Assembly (NCBI RefSeq): GCF_006345805.1
Contig: NC_042998.1
Span: 206,956,001 to 207,020,000, forward strand
DNA length: 64,000 bases
Source: Octopus sinensis
Lineage: Eukaryota
Direction: 5' to 3'
This document shows, piece after piece, positions 24,907 through 37,059 of the stretch. The notes under the pieces are model-generated. The model saw only the letters and a list, made by a program, of their open reading frames with translations, ran no database searches and had not been told where the DNA came from. Each line of letters starts with the position of its first letter. Positions within the stretch are counted from its first letter, which is position 1. The position numbers were made by a program, and so were the translations under genes.

Positions 24907-25892
24907 GGTGTGAGAGGATAGTTAAGTCATAGTTAGCTTAGATGTGATACAAAATCGAGAGTGAGGTGGAGGAAGGAAAATAGATGCAAGATATCTATGG
25001 ATATTGAATTTGTAGATCCATTTTTTAGGCAGAATGCTTTATATGTAAGATTCCAATACCTTATGAGAAAAACTCAACAGTATTTAAAATTGTTCATTCC
25101 AAGTATAGAGTTCATACACAGTGTTGTAGAGTGTGTGTGTATGAACAGTGTGTGTGTGAGAGAGAGAGAGAGAAGCTGGAAAGATGTTAGTGGATTGTAA
25201 CATCAAAGAATGGACTGGAAAAACTGGAACCTGGCTGAGTGTATGCTTGCAGCACAACACAGAACTGGAGAGTCAGGAAATTGAATCCTGGCCACGGGGA
25301 GGGCACCTGACTGTTGTGGCTGATTATTTGTGTGTGAAACGAACAACAACCCAACAGAGTTATATAAATAGTTCTGCCGAGCCAGTAGCCTTAGATCAAC
25401 CGGTTTACTCTTTAAAAATGCAAATAACACCTCACCAAGGTAGGAGGTTTTGAAAGGCTTGGACAGGAAATATGGAGACATGATCATGCCCCTTACAGGG
25501 CATTGATGTCTGCAGAAAAATAAAAAAACAACCCCAAAAAACATGGGTTGGAATATAATTTTAATAAGCTGGCATTCCTGAAACTGAAGTGATGTAAAAT
25601 TTTGTGAAAACACTATATTTCTTAAGCAGCCCCCATATATTCTACCTGCTGTATGTGATGCAGTGGGGGAGAGTATTTAGCTCATGATTGTAGAGTTGTG
25701 AGTTCTATATCCCACAGCCTATTGTCTCCTTGAGCAAGACACTTCATTTCACATTCCTCCAGTCCACTCAGCTGCCAAAAATGAGTTGTACCTGTAATTC
25801 AGGAGGGCTAACCTTATCATATTCCGTGTCATGCTGAAGCCCCCCTGAGAACTACATTATGGAGTATGTTCAACCACTTGCAGGTTAATTTC

Positions 25893-26300
25893 GGAGTAGC
25901 TGTGTGGTAAGTAGCTTGTTTACCAACCACATGGTTCTGGGTTCAGTCCCACTGCGTGGCACCTTGGGCAAGTGTCTTCTACTATAGCCTCGAGCCGATC
26001 AAAGCCTTGTGTTTGGATTTGGTAGACGGAAACTGAAAGAAGCCTGTCGTATATATGTATATATATATATATGTATGTATATGCGAGTGTGTGTTTGTGT
26101 GTATCTGTGTTTGTCCCCCTAGCATTGCTTGACAACCGATGCTGGTGTGTTTATGTCCCCGTTACTTAGCGGTTCGGCAAAAGAAACCGATAGAATAAGT
26201 ACTGGGCTTACAAAAGAATAAGTCCTGGGGTCAAGTTGCTCGATTAAAGGCGGCGCTCCAGCATGGCCGCAGTCAAATGACTGAAACAAGTAAAAAAGTA
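25893..26300 (+). mobile_element. Family A SINE, full length
   Basis: Matches the family A consensus, including the internal microsatellite. Confidence 0.85.
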
Positions 26301-26964
26301 AGCCGTTCTCTTGAGGGGACCAATTGGTGGTACTCTCATTGTCATAATTGTCAGAGTGGCAGTTTACTTTTGTTCAAACCACCAGATCTGGCCTCGCTTC
26401 CTACCTGTCAATGTCATTCTCAAAATAAGCAATCACATCATTGAAGTATTGAAACGAGGTAACACATGATTAACATGAAACAATGTGAATAAATAAGCAG
26501 AGTAAGGGGTTCAGAGACATCTACATTTACAGCTAGGTGGACTGGGCCATTAAGGGCTGAGAAAGGGTTACAAATTGCCATTTTGTCCATCAATCAACTT
26601 GTGATATCCTATAAACCCATAACAGTACTCTCTGGAATTACTTACACGTTAGATCACTTTTGTAAACGTGTGAGATACACAGCTATCATTATCATCATTT
26701 AATGTTTATCTTCCATGTTGGCATAGGTTGGATGGTTCGACAGGGTCTGATGAGCCAGAGCCGCATCAGGCTCCAACGCCAGCTTTGCCACGGTCTCTAC
26801 GGCTGGATGCTCTTCCTAACAGCATCCACTTTACAGTCAAAGTAATTTGCAAGACAAAATAAAGAGAGGTAAAGGGACCCCCCCCCCCCCCCCAAAAAAA
26901 AACCCATGACTGAATGACAGCGTATTTGAGAAAGGAAGAAGTTGGTTTATGCCAGGTAATAATG

Positions 26965-27290
26965 TTCGTCCTTCGGGTTCGAAGATGACCATTGACATCA
27001 TTTGGTGGAATTGCTGCTATGAGACCGGAGGTGGCTGGTGAGGCCAATCCGGGCAAGAAAGCCCCTCCCACAGGTGGGGCAGAAGTGGGTAGGGGCTGTG
27101 CTATTGGTGCAGGTGGCTCTGGCGTTTCTGTTCTGCTGACTGAATCCGTCTCTCCTCGGCTGTCTTTGCTCCTGTGGTGGTTGCGCTGCGCCAGGATGAG
27201 CGGTCGGCAGCAAGTGTCTCCCAAGTCTCTGTGCCGATGGTATGCCAGGTACTGAAGGCTAGAAAGTGACAGAGGGACAAGCCCAGGTGT
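26965..27290 (-). mobile_element. RTE (BovB-like) LINE 3' end with C2H2 zinc finger
   Basis: ..GTETWETLAADRSSWRSA..AEERR..EQKR, then CPTCGRGFLARIGLTSHLRSH and tail ATGGTCATCTTCGAACCCGAAGGACGAAC. Confidence 0.85.
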
Positions 27291-28371
27291 GTTGCTATAG
27301 AGGAGATATATGGCTATCCTACATTGTATGAAGGTGGGTAGGGGTAGCTGGAAAGGAGATAAAAATGGTGGTGACAGGATATTAGAACCTTCATGAAAGG
27401 TTGAAGGTAAATGTAAGAGAGAATACAGACTGAGGAAGGAGGAAGGAAAGGGTGGGGGTAACTCCATAATAAGAGTGTGGGAAGAGTGACAGAAGGTTAG
27501 AGATTGGACTATATTGGTTTCAAGTTCAGGGTGGGGCTAAGTTGATTACATTGAGTCCAGGGTTCAACTGGTATTTATTTTGGCTGTGAAAGGATGAAAG
27601 GCCAAGTTGATCTCAGCTGCATCTGAACTCAGAATGTAAAGATACTGAAATCAACCCATGCCAGCATGGAAAACGGATGATGATGATGATGATTTAAGGA
27701 AAGCACAACTACAGACAACACTATATCAAGGTGGCTGACTTCAATCCACACTAAAACAGATAGTAAACCTTAAAGTACAGGTGACTCTGAAACATCTCTG
27801 AAAATGATTCCAGCAGTGTTTCCAGCTGTAGAAACACTGCCAGATCAGACTGGGCCTGGTGCAGCCTTCTGGCTTCCCAGACCCCAGTTGAACCGTCCAA
27901 CCCATGCCAGCATGGAAAGCGGACGTTAAATGATGATGATTATAACATTACATAATATTACACATAGAGGAAATTCTAGGGGTTACCAAATAGTTTTAAC
28001 CAGGCTTTCCTTTTTTGTCTTCTGAGTTTCTATGGCACCTAGCCTTTGTCAATGTATCAAAGAACAGTTATATATCATCATCATCATCATCGTCATCACT
28101 TTCAACATCTATTTGACCCATGCAAGCATGGAAATTAGAAGTCGTTCAGACAGATTTTCTACAATACGATGCCCCACCTGTTGCCGAGTACAGCAATACT
28201 TCCGTAGTCTACTGAACAACAAACAGCTCAGACATAATTATGCAGTGAGCCGGGGTGGAAGGTGGGGAGAGAAAACACCACCATTTAAAGAAGCCTTTTT
28301 GTTTACAAAGATTGTGCAACATGTCAAGAAGTCGAGCTATGCGCTTCACGGTTGACTGCAATCAAAACACA

Positions 28372-28571
28372 CTCTTTACTCTTTTACTTGGTTCAGTCAT
28401 TTGACTGCGGCCATGCTGGAGCACCACCTTTAGTCGAGCAAATCGACCCTGGGACTTATTCTTTGTAAGCCCAGTACTTATTCTATCGGTCTCTTTTGCT
28501 GAACCGCTAAGTGACGGGGACGTAAACACACCAGCATCGGTTGTCAAGCAATGCTAGGGGGACAAACACAG

Positions 28572-28606
<35 letters not shown>

Positions 28607-29170
28607 TCTCTCTCTATATAAACGGCAGTTTGTCTGTGCGTGTTTCTGTGTGTCTGTTTTCTCGTACCCTCACCCTGACCACGGCTTTCAACCGATTCTG
28701 ATGAAACTTGACACACACATAGCCCAATGTCATAATTCAAAACTAACGCAGCGAAAATTTTGAAAAGTTCCCCCAGTTCTGAAAAAAATCGATAAATTCG
28801 ACATGGGGTCGAGAATAAAAAAAAACAAACCACAGACTGTCTAGGGGACGCAACTCAACCTTTTATTACTCTCAAAAAAAAAATTTACCATCATTTTTTT
28901 TCCATTTTTTTGCTATAACTCTCTAAAAATGCTTTATAGTTATTTCCCTTACAAACCTGAGCAACGCCGGGCGATACTGCTAGTATATATATATATGTAC
29001 ATATATACGACAGGCTTCTTTCAGTTTCTGTCTACCAAATCCACTCACAAGGCATTGGTCGGCCCGGGGCTATAGCAGAAGACACTTGCTCAAGATGCCA
29101 CGCAGTGGGACTGAACCCAGAACCATGTGGTAGGTTAGCAAGCTACTTACCACACAGCCACTCCTGCGCC
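28372..29170 (-). mobile_element. Family A SINE interrupted by a Helitron
   Basis: SINE halves at 28372-28606 and 28984-29170 are collinear and split inside the (TA)n tract. Confidence 0.8.
28607..28983 (+). mobile_element. Non-autonomous Helitron
   Basis: A|TC start, CCTGAGCAACGCCGGG hairpin, CTAG|T end; 3' part shared with 7471-7867. Confidence 0.75.
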
Positions 29171-30339
29171 TATACAATACACTGTCTGTATTGTTTACAG
29201 TCAGTTAACACATGCAAAGGTGAGAGGAAATATGAACTCACTCTAACACAAACATGCAAAGACACACACATACATGCCAGGCCTCTTCAGGTTCCTTCAT
29301 GCCATTCCATTCGCAATGATTGGTTGACCCAGGGCTACAAGTAAAGGACACCAGCCAATGACGTCTAATCACAATTCACACATCCCACCCCCAAAGGACC
29401 AAACCACACCTCTTCTAGCACTGTGCTTGTCTCCCCCTCCTCACTCCTGTAATGCAACACTGTTTTGTCGTCTCTCTTGTGTCCACCCACTGCCAACTAT
29501 CGCTGTCGCTTAACATCCGCTTTCTGCTTTCCATGCTGGTATGGGTTGGATTGTTTGACTGAAGGCTGGCAAACCAGAAGGCTACTACACCAGGCTCCAA
29601 TCTGATCTGACAAAATTTCTACAGATGGATGCCCTTCTTAACACTAACCACTCCGAGAGTGTAGTGGGCTCTTTTTACATGCCACTGGCATGAGAGCCAG
29701 TCAGGCAGCACTGACACCAGCCAGGCTCAAATGGTGCTTTTTACGTGCCAGTCAGGCAGCACTGGCAACGACCAGTGTCTCATTGCTGTCACTGCCCCTA
29801 TATACCTGTTTCACCACTCACTGCATTCTTCCTCTACTCTTCCCCTCTGTATCTTTGTGAAGTTCATACTCATACACTTTGGGCAATCCTCTGCCATTCC
29901 ATTTATATTCGTCTCCTATCTTGGGAATATGCCCTGGCACATCGCCACCATCTCTTTGTCTCGCTCTATCACCTCTCTAGCCTTTTTCTTCTCCAAGTAA
30001 GGCAACCATGTATCTCCTCTACAACGGGACACCTATTTCTGGGCCTCTGGCATACTTTAACCCCTCATCACCTGGTAAAAAAACCACTTCCCTCAATACG
30101 ACTCCCTCTCTCAGTCGAGAGGTCTTGGTCTGGCAAGTTAGTTGGTCACCTTGCTGGTGCCACGTAAAAAGCACCCAGTCTGTTGGTGTTAGGAAGGGCA
30201 TCCAGCCGCAAAAACCTTGCCGAAGCAGACAAAAGAGATTGGCACAATCCTCTGGATTATCAGCTCCTGTCAACCAGTCGAACCCATGCCAGCATGGAAG
30301 ATGACATTAAATGATGATGATGATACATATTCACACACA

Positions 30340-30465
30340 TTCAGTGGTAGAATGCTCACCTGCCACGCGGGCGGCCCGGGTTCGTTTCCCGGCCGATGCA
30401 CAGATATTATTTTAAATGGCGGTGCCCCAGCATGGCCACAGCTCAAGAGCTGAAACTGGAAAACA
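30340..30465 (+). pseudogene. 5'-truncated tRNA-Gly(GCC) copy fused to a LINE/SINE-type 3' tail
   Basis: TTCAGTGGTAGAATGCTCACCTGCCACGCGGGCGGCCCGGGTTCGTTTCCCGGCCGATGCA (anticodon GCC at 30362-30364) lacks the 5' acceptor strand; followed by GGTGCCCCAGCATGGCC..GAGCTGAAAC. Confidence 0.8.
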
Positions 30466-30830
30466 TAAAACACACACACACACACACACACACAAATATA
30501 TGCACACATGTGGTTGTGAAGCAAACTTCTTACCAAACAGCAACACTTGTGCCTATAGATTCTAAATTTTTCTTCTCGTTGAGTTTATCAACAACAAGTA
30601 GGAAACTGATAGCAAAAGCCATGTTGTTAGTATCTAGTCAAATACTAATGATGTGGTGTAGTTAGTATAAGGTGTAGGAATTAGGTTAGTTGCTAACAGA
30701 TTCCATCAATATGCACTGAACGGAATGAAAGAGATAAATCAGAGGTCAAATTTGGAAACACACACGTGTGTGCAAGTGCGTTTTCTGTTTTTCAGGCACA
30801 TTTCTTTATTAGTTAAAATGCTGGATGTTA

Positions 30831-31224
30831 TTAGCAGTATTGCCCAGCGTTACTCGGGTTTGTTTTCGACCCTTTAGAATTGGAATTTTTGAAAATAAAA
30901 AAATTTGCATTATGTAGCTTGTTATTCTCTTTGGGTGAACATTTTTCTGGTTGAAATACACCGAAAAATGGCAACACAGCAGTCAAAAAATCGTAAAAAA
31001 TAGGGATTTTTATAGAATAAAAAGCACCTTTTTGATGTAAAAAATTTTTGGTGTTAACATGGTCCGATTTGAATTTTTTCTTCTATGGAAGGAAGAGCAA
31101 GCCGTCTTCTATCATACTCTCAATTTTGGTCAACTTGCACCACAGGGTCTTGGAGGAGATAGTGGTAATTGAAGGCTACCAAACCTGCCACACACACACA
31201 ACTTCAGCTTTATATAGAGAGAGA
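30831..31224 (-). mobile_element. Non-autonomous Helitron (second subfamily)
   Basis: A|TC start on minus strand, same terminal hairpin, CTAA|T end; closely similar to 60991-61385. Confidence 0.7.
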
Positions 31225-31477
31225 TTTGAAGTTCTCTTCTGACAAGCCTGTCAGCAAACATGACAAGTGTGGTAATCATCATTAACATTGTTTAGAGTTC
31301 AGTTTTCTAGGCTTGCATGGATTGGAAAGTCTAATGGAGGCCACTTCTGATAGGACCCTAAAGAGGAGGTACCTGAAGACTCTAGCCCCATGACCACCCT
31401 ACGAAAAGTGGGTAGAGAAGATGGAATGATGGTAATTGAAGAGCCAAAGAAATACCATCAATGACAGCCTCACAGCA

Positions 31478-33182
31478 TAGTGTGCTATTCATGAAGTCAG
31501 CTACAGAAAATACATTTTTAAACTCTTCCTAAATGACAAGTGATACAGACAAAACAGGACTCTGCTGCTGGTATAAATACCAAAGCCTAACACCTGGCAA
31601 TCACCTGAGCCAGTGTATGCTGTAATCATAGGCTGCAGCAAGGTGGATGTGAACTATTTCGGCAGACAAACTTATTGGGTCAATAGCAAATATCACTAAA
31701 TGCTGCAGGGATGAACAGACACTCTGCAAAATGTCAATGGCCAGGATCAACCAGTTCAGTCGCCAAACTACCATAGGCTTGTGAACAGGGGGAGAAACGT
31801 TTAGTGGCTAGCGATCTATCATGGCGAATGCCGGACACTGGGGTCACACTGGTGAGCTAGGAAGAAGGGAGATAATAAAGTAGTGGTAATCCCAAAATGA
31901 AGGTGTGTGAGAATGTGTATGTGGATAGGGGCTGGTGACCTTGATGTGTGCGTGTGTGCTGCCCCCACCACTGTGTGACAGCTAGTGTTGGTTTGTTTAC
32001 ATCCCTGTAATTTAGTGGTTCAGCTAAAGAACCGATGAAATAAGTTGCACCCACTGAAACTTTTGGGAGCTGGGGTAATGAAATTGCTTTGAACATCCTG
32101 GGTTGGACCTGGGTTTGCATCTCCTAAATAAATATCCATTCCTGCACTTATGTGAACTACTATCATTTGTAGTCATGGTGTGTGCTGATGGCATATTTCA
32201 GGTCCCAGGAGTGCATGGGGCCCTCAAACATCGTTATGGTGGCCCTTCATGGTCTTCCCTCTGTAAATATAAATTTTAAAAAAATTGACTTGCGTTTTAC
32301 TTTGTTTTTGGTGCAGCTCCCTAAAAGAAATCCTGGATTTGGAGTTAGCTTGAATAACCCAGGATGTTCAAAGCAATTTTATTACCCCTGCTCCCAAAAG
32401 TTTTAGTGGGTGCAAGCACAACCCCTTTCTCCCCCTGTTCACAAACCTATGGTAGTTTGGCGACTGAACTGGTTGGTCCTGGCCTTTGACATTTTGCAGA
32501 GTGTCTGTTCATCCCTGCAGCATTTAGTGATATTTGCTATTGACCCAATAAGTTTGTCTGCCGAAATAGTTCACATCCACCTTGCTGCAGCCTATGATTT
32601 CAGCATACACTGGCTCAGGTGATTGCCAGGTGTTAGGATATGGTATTTATGGGCACCATTCAAGTGTGATCGTTACCAGCGTTGCCTTACTGGCACTTGT
32701 GCCCGTGCTAGTAGGGTGCCAAGAGCACCATCCGAGTGTGATCGTTGCCAGAGCAGCCAACTGGCTCTGTGCTGGTGGCTCGTAAAAGGGCACCATTCGA
32801 GCCTAATCGTTACCAACGTCGCCTTACTGGCACCTGTGTCGGTGGCATGTGTAAAAAGATTCGAGCGAGGTCATTGCCAGTACCGCCTGACTGGCCCCGT
32901 GCCGGTGGCACGTAAAAAGCACCCACTACACTCTCGGAGTGGTTGGCGTTAGGAGGGGCATCCAGCTGTAGAAACTCTGCTAGATCAAGATTGGAGCCTG
33001 GTGTGGCCGTCTGGTTCGCCAGCCCTCAGTCAAAATCGTCCAATCCATGCTAGCATGGAAAGCGAACATTAAACAATGATGATGATGACTAGCAGCAGAG
33101 TCCTGTTTTGTCTTTATCACTTGTCCTTTAGGAAGAGTTTAAAAATGTATTTTCTGTAGCTGACTTCATGAATAGCACACTA
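31478..33182. repeat. Long inverted repeat, ~320-bp arms, right arm split by a family B insertion (32651-33088)
   Basis: 31478-31797 is the reverse complement of 32426-32650 plus 33089-33182, about 95% identical by eye. Confidence 0.9.
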
Positions 33183-33450
33183 CACTGCTCCTAAAAATTT
33201 TGAATATTAAAAGCCCTGGTATAAGCTCTGCATTTGTTTGCAGATGCGATACAGTAAATTTGATTGTATCTACAAGGTTCTCACCCCCACCCTGTACAAT
33301 GACATATGGCTCAATAGATGCAACGGAGTTTTCTCAGGATAATAAACCTGACTCATTCTCTCATGTCTCCGTAATTTCCCACAGGTCATGTCTACGGTTC
33401 AGACAAACCTGTGCACTTAGTTCAAGACAAATCAAAGAATAGAATCAATG

Positions 33451-33803
33451 GAAATTACTATTTTTAAATCTCACAAGAGATATTCAGCAACAGTACTTTG
33501 TAGTAAAGATTGTTTGCCAACATAACATGGCAGTCCTGGTTTAGGATGAATGCTGCAGTAATTTAGCCCCAGGAGACATCGTCTTCAGCTGGCTTTACGA
33601 CATGATCTGTGCTCTTATAGTTTTGAACAAGGGAATCTAGCACGCCCACTCGGCTCAAAACAATATCCGTGTGTCTCCTGGGGCTAAATTACAGCAACAT
33701 TCGTCCTAAACAAGGCCTGCCATGTAATGTTGGCTAACAATCTTTACTCTAAAGTACTGTTGCTGAATATCTCACGTTGTGAGATCTAAAAACAGTAATT
33801 TTC
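33451..33803. mobile_element. MITE with ~130-bp TIRs; partial inverted second copy at 33933-34100
   Basis: Arms 33451-33578 / 33672-33803; 33933-34100 is the reverse complement of about 33503-33670. Confidence 0.8.
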
Positions 33804-33892
33804 TAATTTATAAATCAGCAACTAGTTGTCACTTTGAAAACTATATATTTCGAACGGGAATTTGGCAGCACCACCTCTAGCCAAACAATTAT

Positions 33893-33937
33893 TCTGTGCT
33901 GATGAAGGAAAATAACCCGGAAATCATGATACACAGA
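33893..33937 (+). ncRNA. Minimal hammerhead-like motif, intact CUGAUGA, weak stem II
   Basis: TCTGTG CTGATGA AGG aaaataa CCCG GAAA TCATGA TA CACAGA: 6-bp stem I, palindromic stem III ATCATGAT, AUA triplet. Confidence 0.45.
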
Positions 33938-35035
33938 TATTGTTTTGAGCTGAGTAGGGGTGCTAGATTCCCTTGTTCAAAAATATAAGGACACAGATCG
34001 TGTCGTATAGCCAGCTGGAGACGATGTCTCTTGGGGCTAAATTACAGCAACATTCGTCCTAAACCAGGACTGCCATGTTATGTTGGCAAACAATCTCTAC
34101 CTCAAGCATATTTTTGTTTGATTACCTGACTTTCTTTTCTGAACAAAATTGTGACTTTATTACCAGCCACCATAAATTGTGACTTTTCACCTCCCCTTAG
34201 CCAAAATTATGACTTTTCTACCCCTGTGATTTTATAATAGGCCAATGGGGTTCGTTATAATCCTCCTACCTATCGGATCCTGTCAAATCATCCAGCCCCT
34301 ATCAACACGGCACACAGTCACTAACTGACGCTTGTGTGCATGTGTGTCCATCTACCTTGTATATGCGTGTTTGTGAGATACATTTACACGACATATATGT
34401 CACGGTGCTATTTAAAAACCTGCGTTAATGATTTTTGCTTTCTTTTTGCTTCATTGTTTTATTTCAGATACTAAAATAAACACGTGATTTATATTCCCCC
34501 AACGCATCGCTTAATGTCATCTAATATTATATATATATATAAAGTGTATTGTCATTGTGTACGAGACACGCATTGTCACTTAATAAAACAACCATTTCAT
34601 ACATTGTTTTATCGCTATTATTTTCGGTTGTGTAAGGGGAAGTGGGACATTTTCCTTACTGAAAATTGTGACTTCATTTCCGTTCATCAAACACACAAAG
34701 CAGGGTAAAATGGTACACACACACACACACACATATAGTGTATTGGCATATATACACCGCAGGGTACACCACAATTAGAGCAAGATAGTTTTTAACAAAA
34801 TGGGTTTAACAATTATAAAGTTATGAATTATTTTGAGTTTTGACGCAAACATGTAGAGTAAAAAAAAATTTTTTTTTAAAGTTTTCTTTTGATACTCGGT
34901 ATAAAAGCATAACTAATTAAGTCGGGGGTGGGGTACACAGCTGTAATTATGCCTATATATACATACATATATTACTTATTATATTATATATTTATCATTC
35001 ATTTTATACTTTTTGAGATCTAGTTATAAGTTATA

Positions 35036-35449
35036 TGGCGATCTTTCGTATCTAGTAGACCTTTCCGTCGATTTCCGTAAAAAAATTTTTTTTTACATAT
35101 GGGCTTGCGGGAACTTTTGAAGTAATATACATACATATACACATACACCGAGTAAAAAATGTCAGTTATCTCTTTCTTTCACACATTACTCTGTCTCTTT
35201 ACACACACTAACAGAAGCACTTCACTTACACAACATACTGTCTGTCTCCCACACCCCATCAAACACACACACATGTACATCAATGATTCCCATGCACGGT
35301 AACTTCAAAAGAACTTCCCTCGTCATACAATCGCTTTCTCTTAGTCTCTTTCGCTCTCATTACTTCAAAAGTTCCCGCAAGCCCATATGTAAAAAAAAAA
35401 TTTTTTACGGAAATCGACGGAAAGGTCTACTAGAGACGAAAGATTGCCA
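35036..35449. mobile_element. MITE with ~90-bp TIRs
   Basis: 35036-35126 and 35359-35449 are near-perfect reverse complements (TGGC.ATCTTTCGT.TCTAGTAGACC..GAAGTAAT). Confidence 0.85.
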
Positions 35450-35572
35450 GTTATATATTTAAAAATATATATATTATTTATTATTTATGTATTGGTTTAT
35501 GTCTATCACTGAGTTGCATAATAGTGGTTTTATACCTATACCTATATCTATATATATATGCATGTGTGTGTG

Positions 35573-35754
35573 TAGTGGTTCTCAGCCGCGGCTCCATGGG
35601 TGCATGCAGCCCTCGACGGTCTTCCTTGTAAAAATATAATAATTTTTCATTGATTTGTGTTTTACTCTTTTTGGTGCTGCCCGTAAAAAAAAATAAGAAA
35701 AAAAAATCAGGTTTTGGATCTGACCCGGCTGTTAAAAAGGGTTGAGAACCACTG
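35573..35754. mobile_element. hAT-like MITE
   Basis: Termini TAGTGGTTCTCAGCC / GGTTGAGAACCACTG; no clear 8-bp TSD. Confidence 0.6.
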
Positions 35755-36317
35755 ATAGACACTGCCCACAGACAGTGCAGTGCCAAACACGATACAGAGG
35801 AAGCTAGGTGTCGTTTGTAATGCGTAGAAAGTGAAATACGCCATAAATAGGAAGAGCAAGTGTCAAGGTAAACCGAACGGATTAGCGCGTTGAGGTAAAT
35901 AACAACAACGATAAAGCAGGTGGCTGATTAACGAGGGATATTGGATTATCAGAGGAACGGAATTAGCTCGTAGATTTTAGTGTATGGACCTTTTTTGGGA
36001 CCTTTTCTCTTCCATAACCAGACAGGAAAATGCGGTTTGCAGACGAGAGGACATTTACCTGAGGCAGATTTTACGTTAATTATGCGAGCAATTAGCAAGA
36101 AACAGTTTCAGAAAATTAGAGAAGCATAGCTATAATAAAAGAAAAAAAGAAAAAGAAAATCCCAGAGGATTTATTTTGCTTCATTTTGTTGTAGAATGGA
36201 AAATAAAAGAAAATTAAATTAGATTAATAAAAAAAAAAAGACAAGTTTCAACTGTGCTTAATTAAAATGCTGTTTCTGAAATCTAGCCGATACAATCATT
36301 TAACACTCCACATTCCT

Positions 36318-36320
36318 TTC

Positions 36321-36352
<32 letters not shown>

Positions 36353-36430
36353 ATATATATATATATACACATGTATATCTGTATGCATGTATATATATAT
36401 ATATATGTATACACATGTATATCTGTATGC

Positions 36431-36470
<40 letters not shown>

Positions 36471-36484
36471 GTATATCTGTATGC

Positions 36485-36518
<34 letters not shown>

Positions 36519-36877
36519 CACACTGTATATCTGTATGCATGTATATATATAAATATATATATGTATACACACATGTATATCTGTATGTATGTATGCATGT
36601 ATATATATATATAAATATATATGTATACACACATGTATATCTGTATGTATGTATGCATGTATATATATATATAAATATATATATGTATACACACATGTAT
36701 ATGTGTATGTATGTATGCATGTATATATATATATATATATAAATATATATGTATACACACATGTATATGTGTATGTATATATATATATATATATATATAT
36801 AAATATATATATATGTATACACACATGTATATGTGTATGTATGTATGCATGTGTATATATATATATATAAATATATA

Positions 36878-36911
<34 letters not shown>

Positions 36912-36912
36912 C
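36318..36912. repeat. Compound (TA/TG/CA) minisatellite, ~60-bp higher-order unit
   Basis: Recurring ACACATGTAT.TCTGTATGCATGTATATAT motif with variable (TA)n. Confidence 0.9.
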
Positions 36913-37059
36913 TAAGTAGGCAGTAGTCACCAAGTGGCTGGAGAGCCGAGTTCCACTTAAGGTACTTTTACAGCTTGGTAACTTTTCTAAATGGTAGACA
37001 CGAAACTCTTCCAGCCTTGAGTCATTATGTAACTACTGCTGAGGAAGATTATATAACAC

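Noticed and set aside
26747-26753. CTGATGA hammerhead-core match (also TCATCAG at 40818-40824 and CTGACGA near 38130)
   Set aside because: No correctly placed GAAA or stems; chance matches, two of them in mutated family B sequence.
26766-27467. Longest ORF in the track (233 aa)
   Set aside because: It is an off-frame read through an RTE LINE 3' end plus flanking repeats; the meaningful RTE peptide is in other frames.
31048-31242. Recurrent ORF MVLTWSDLNF.. (also at 61209)
   Set aside because: It lies within two copies of a non-autonomous Helitron; the similarity reflects the repeat, not a gene family.
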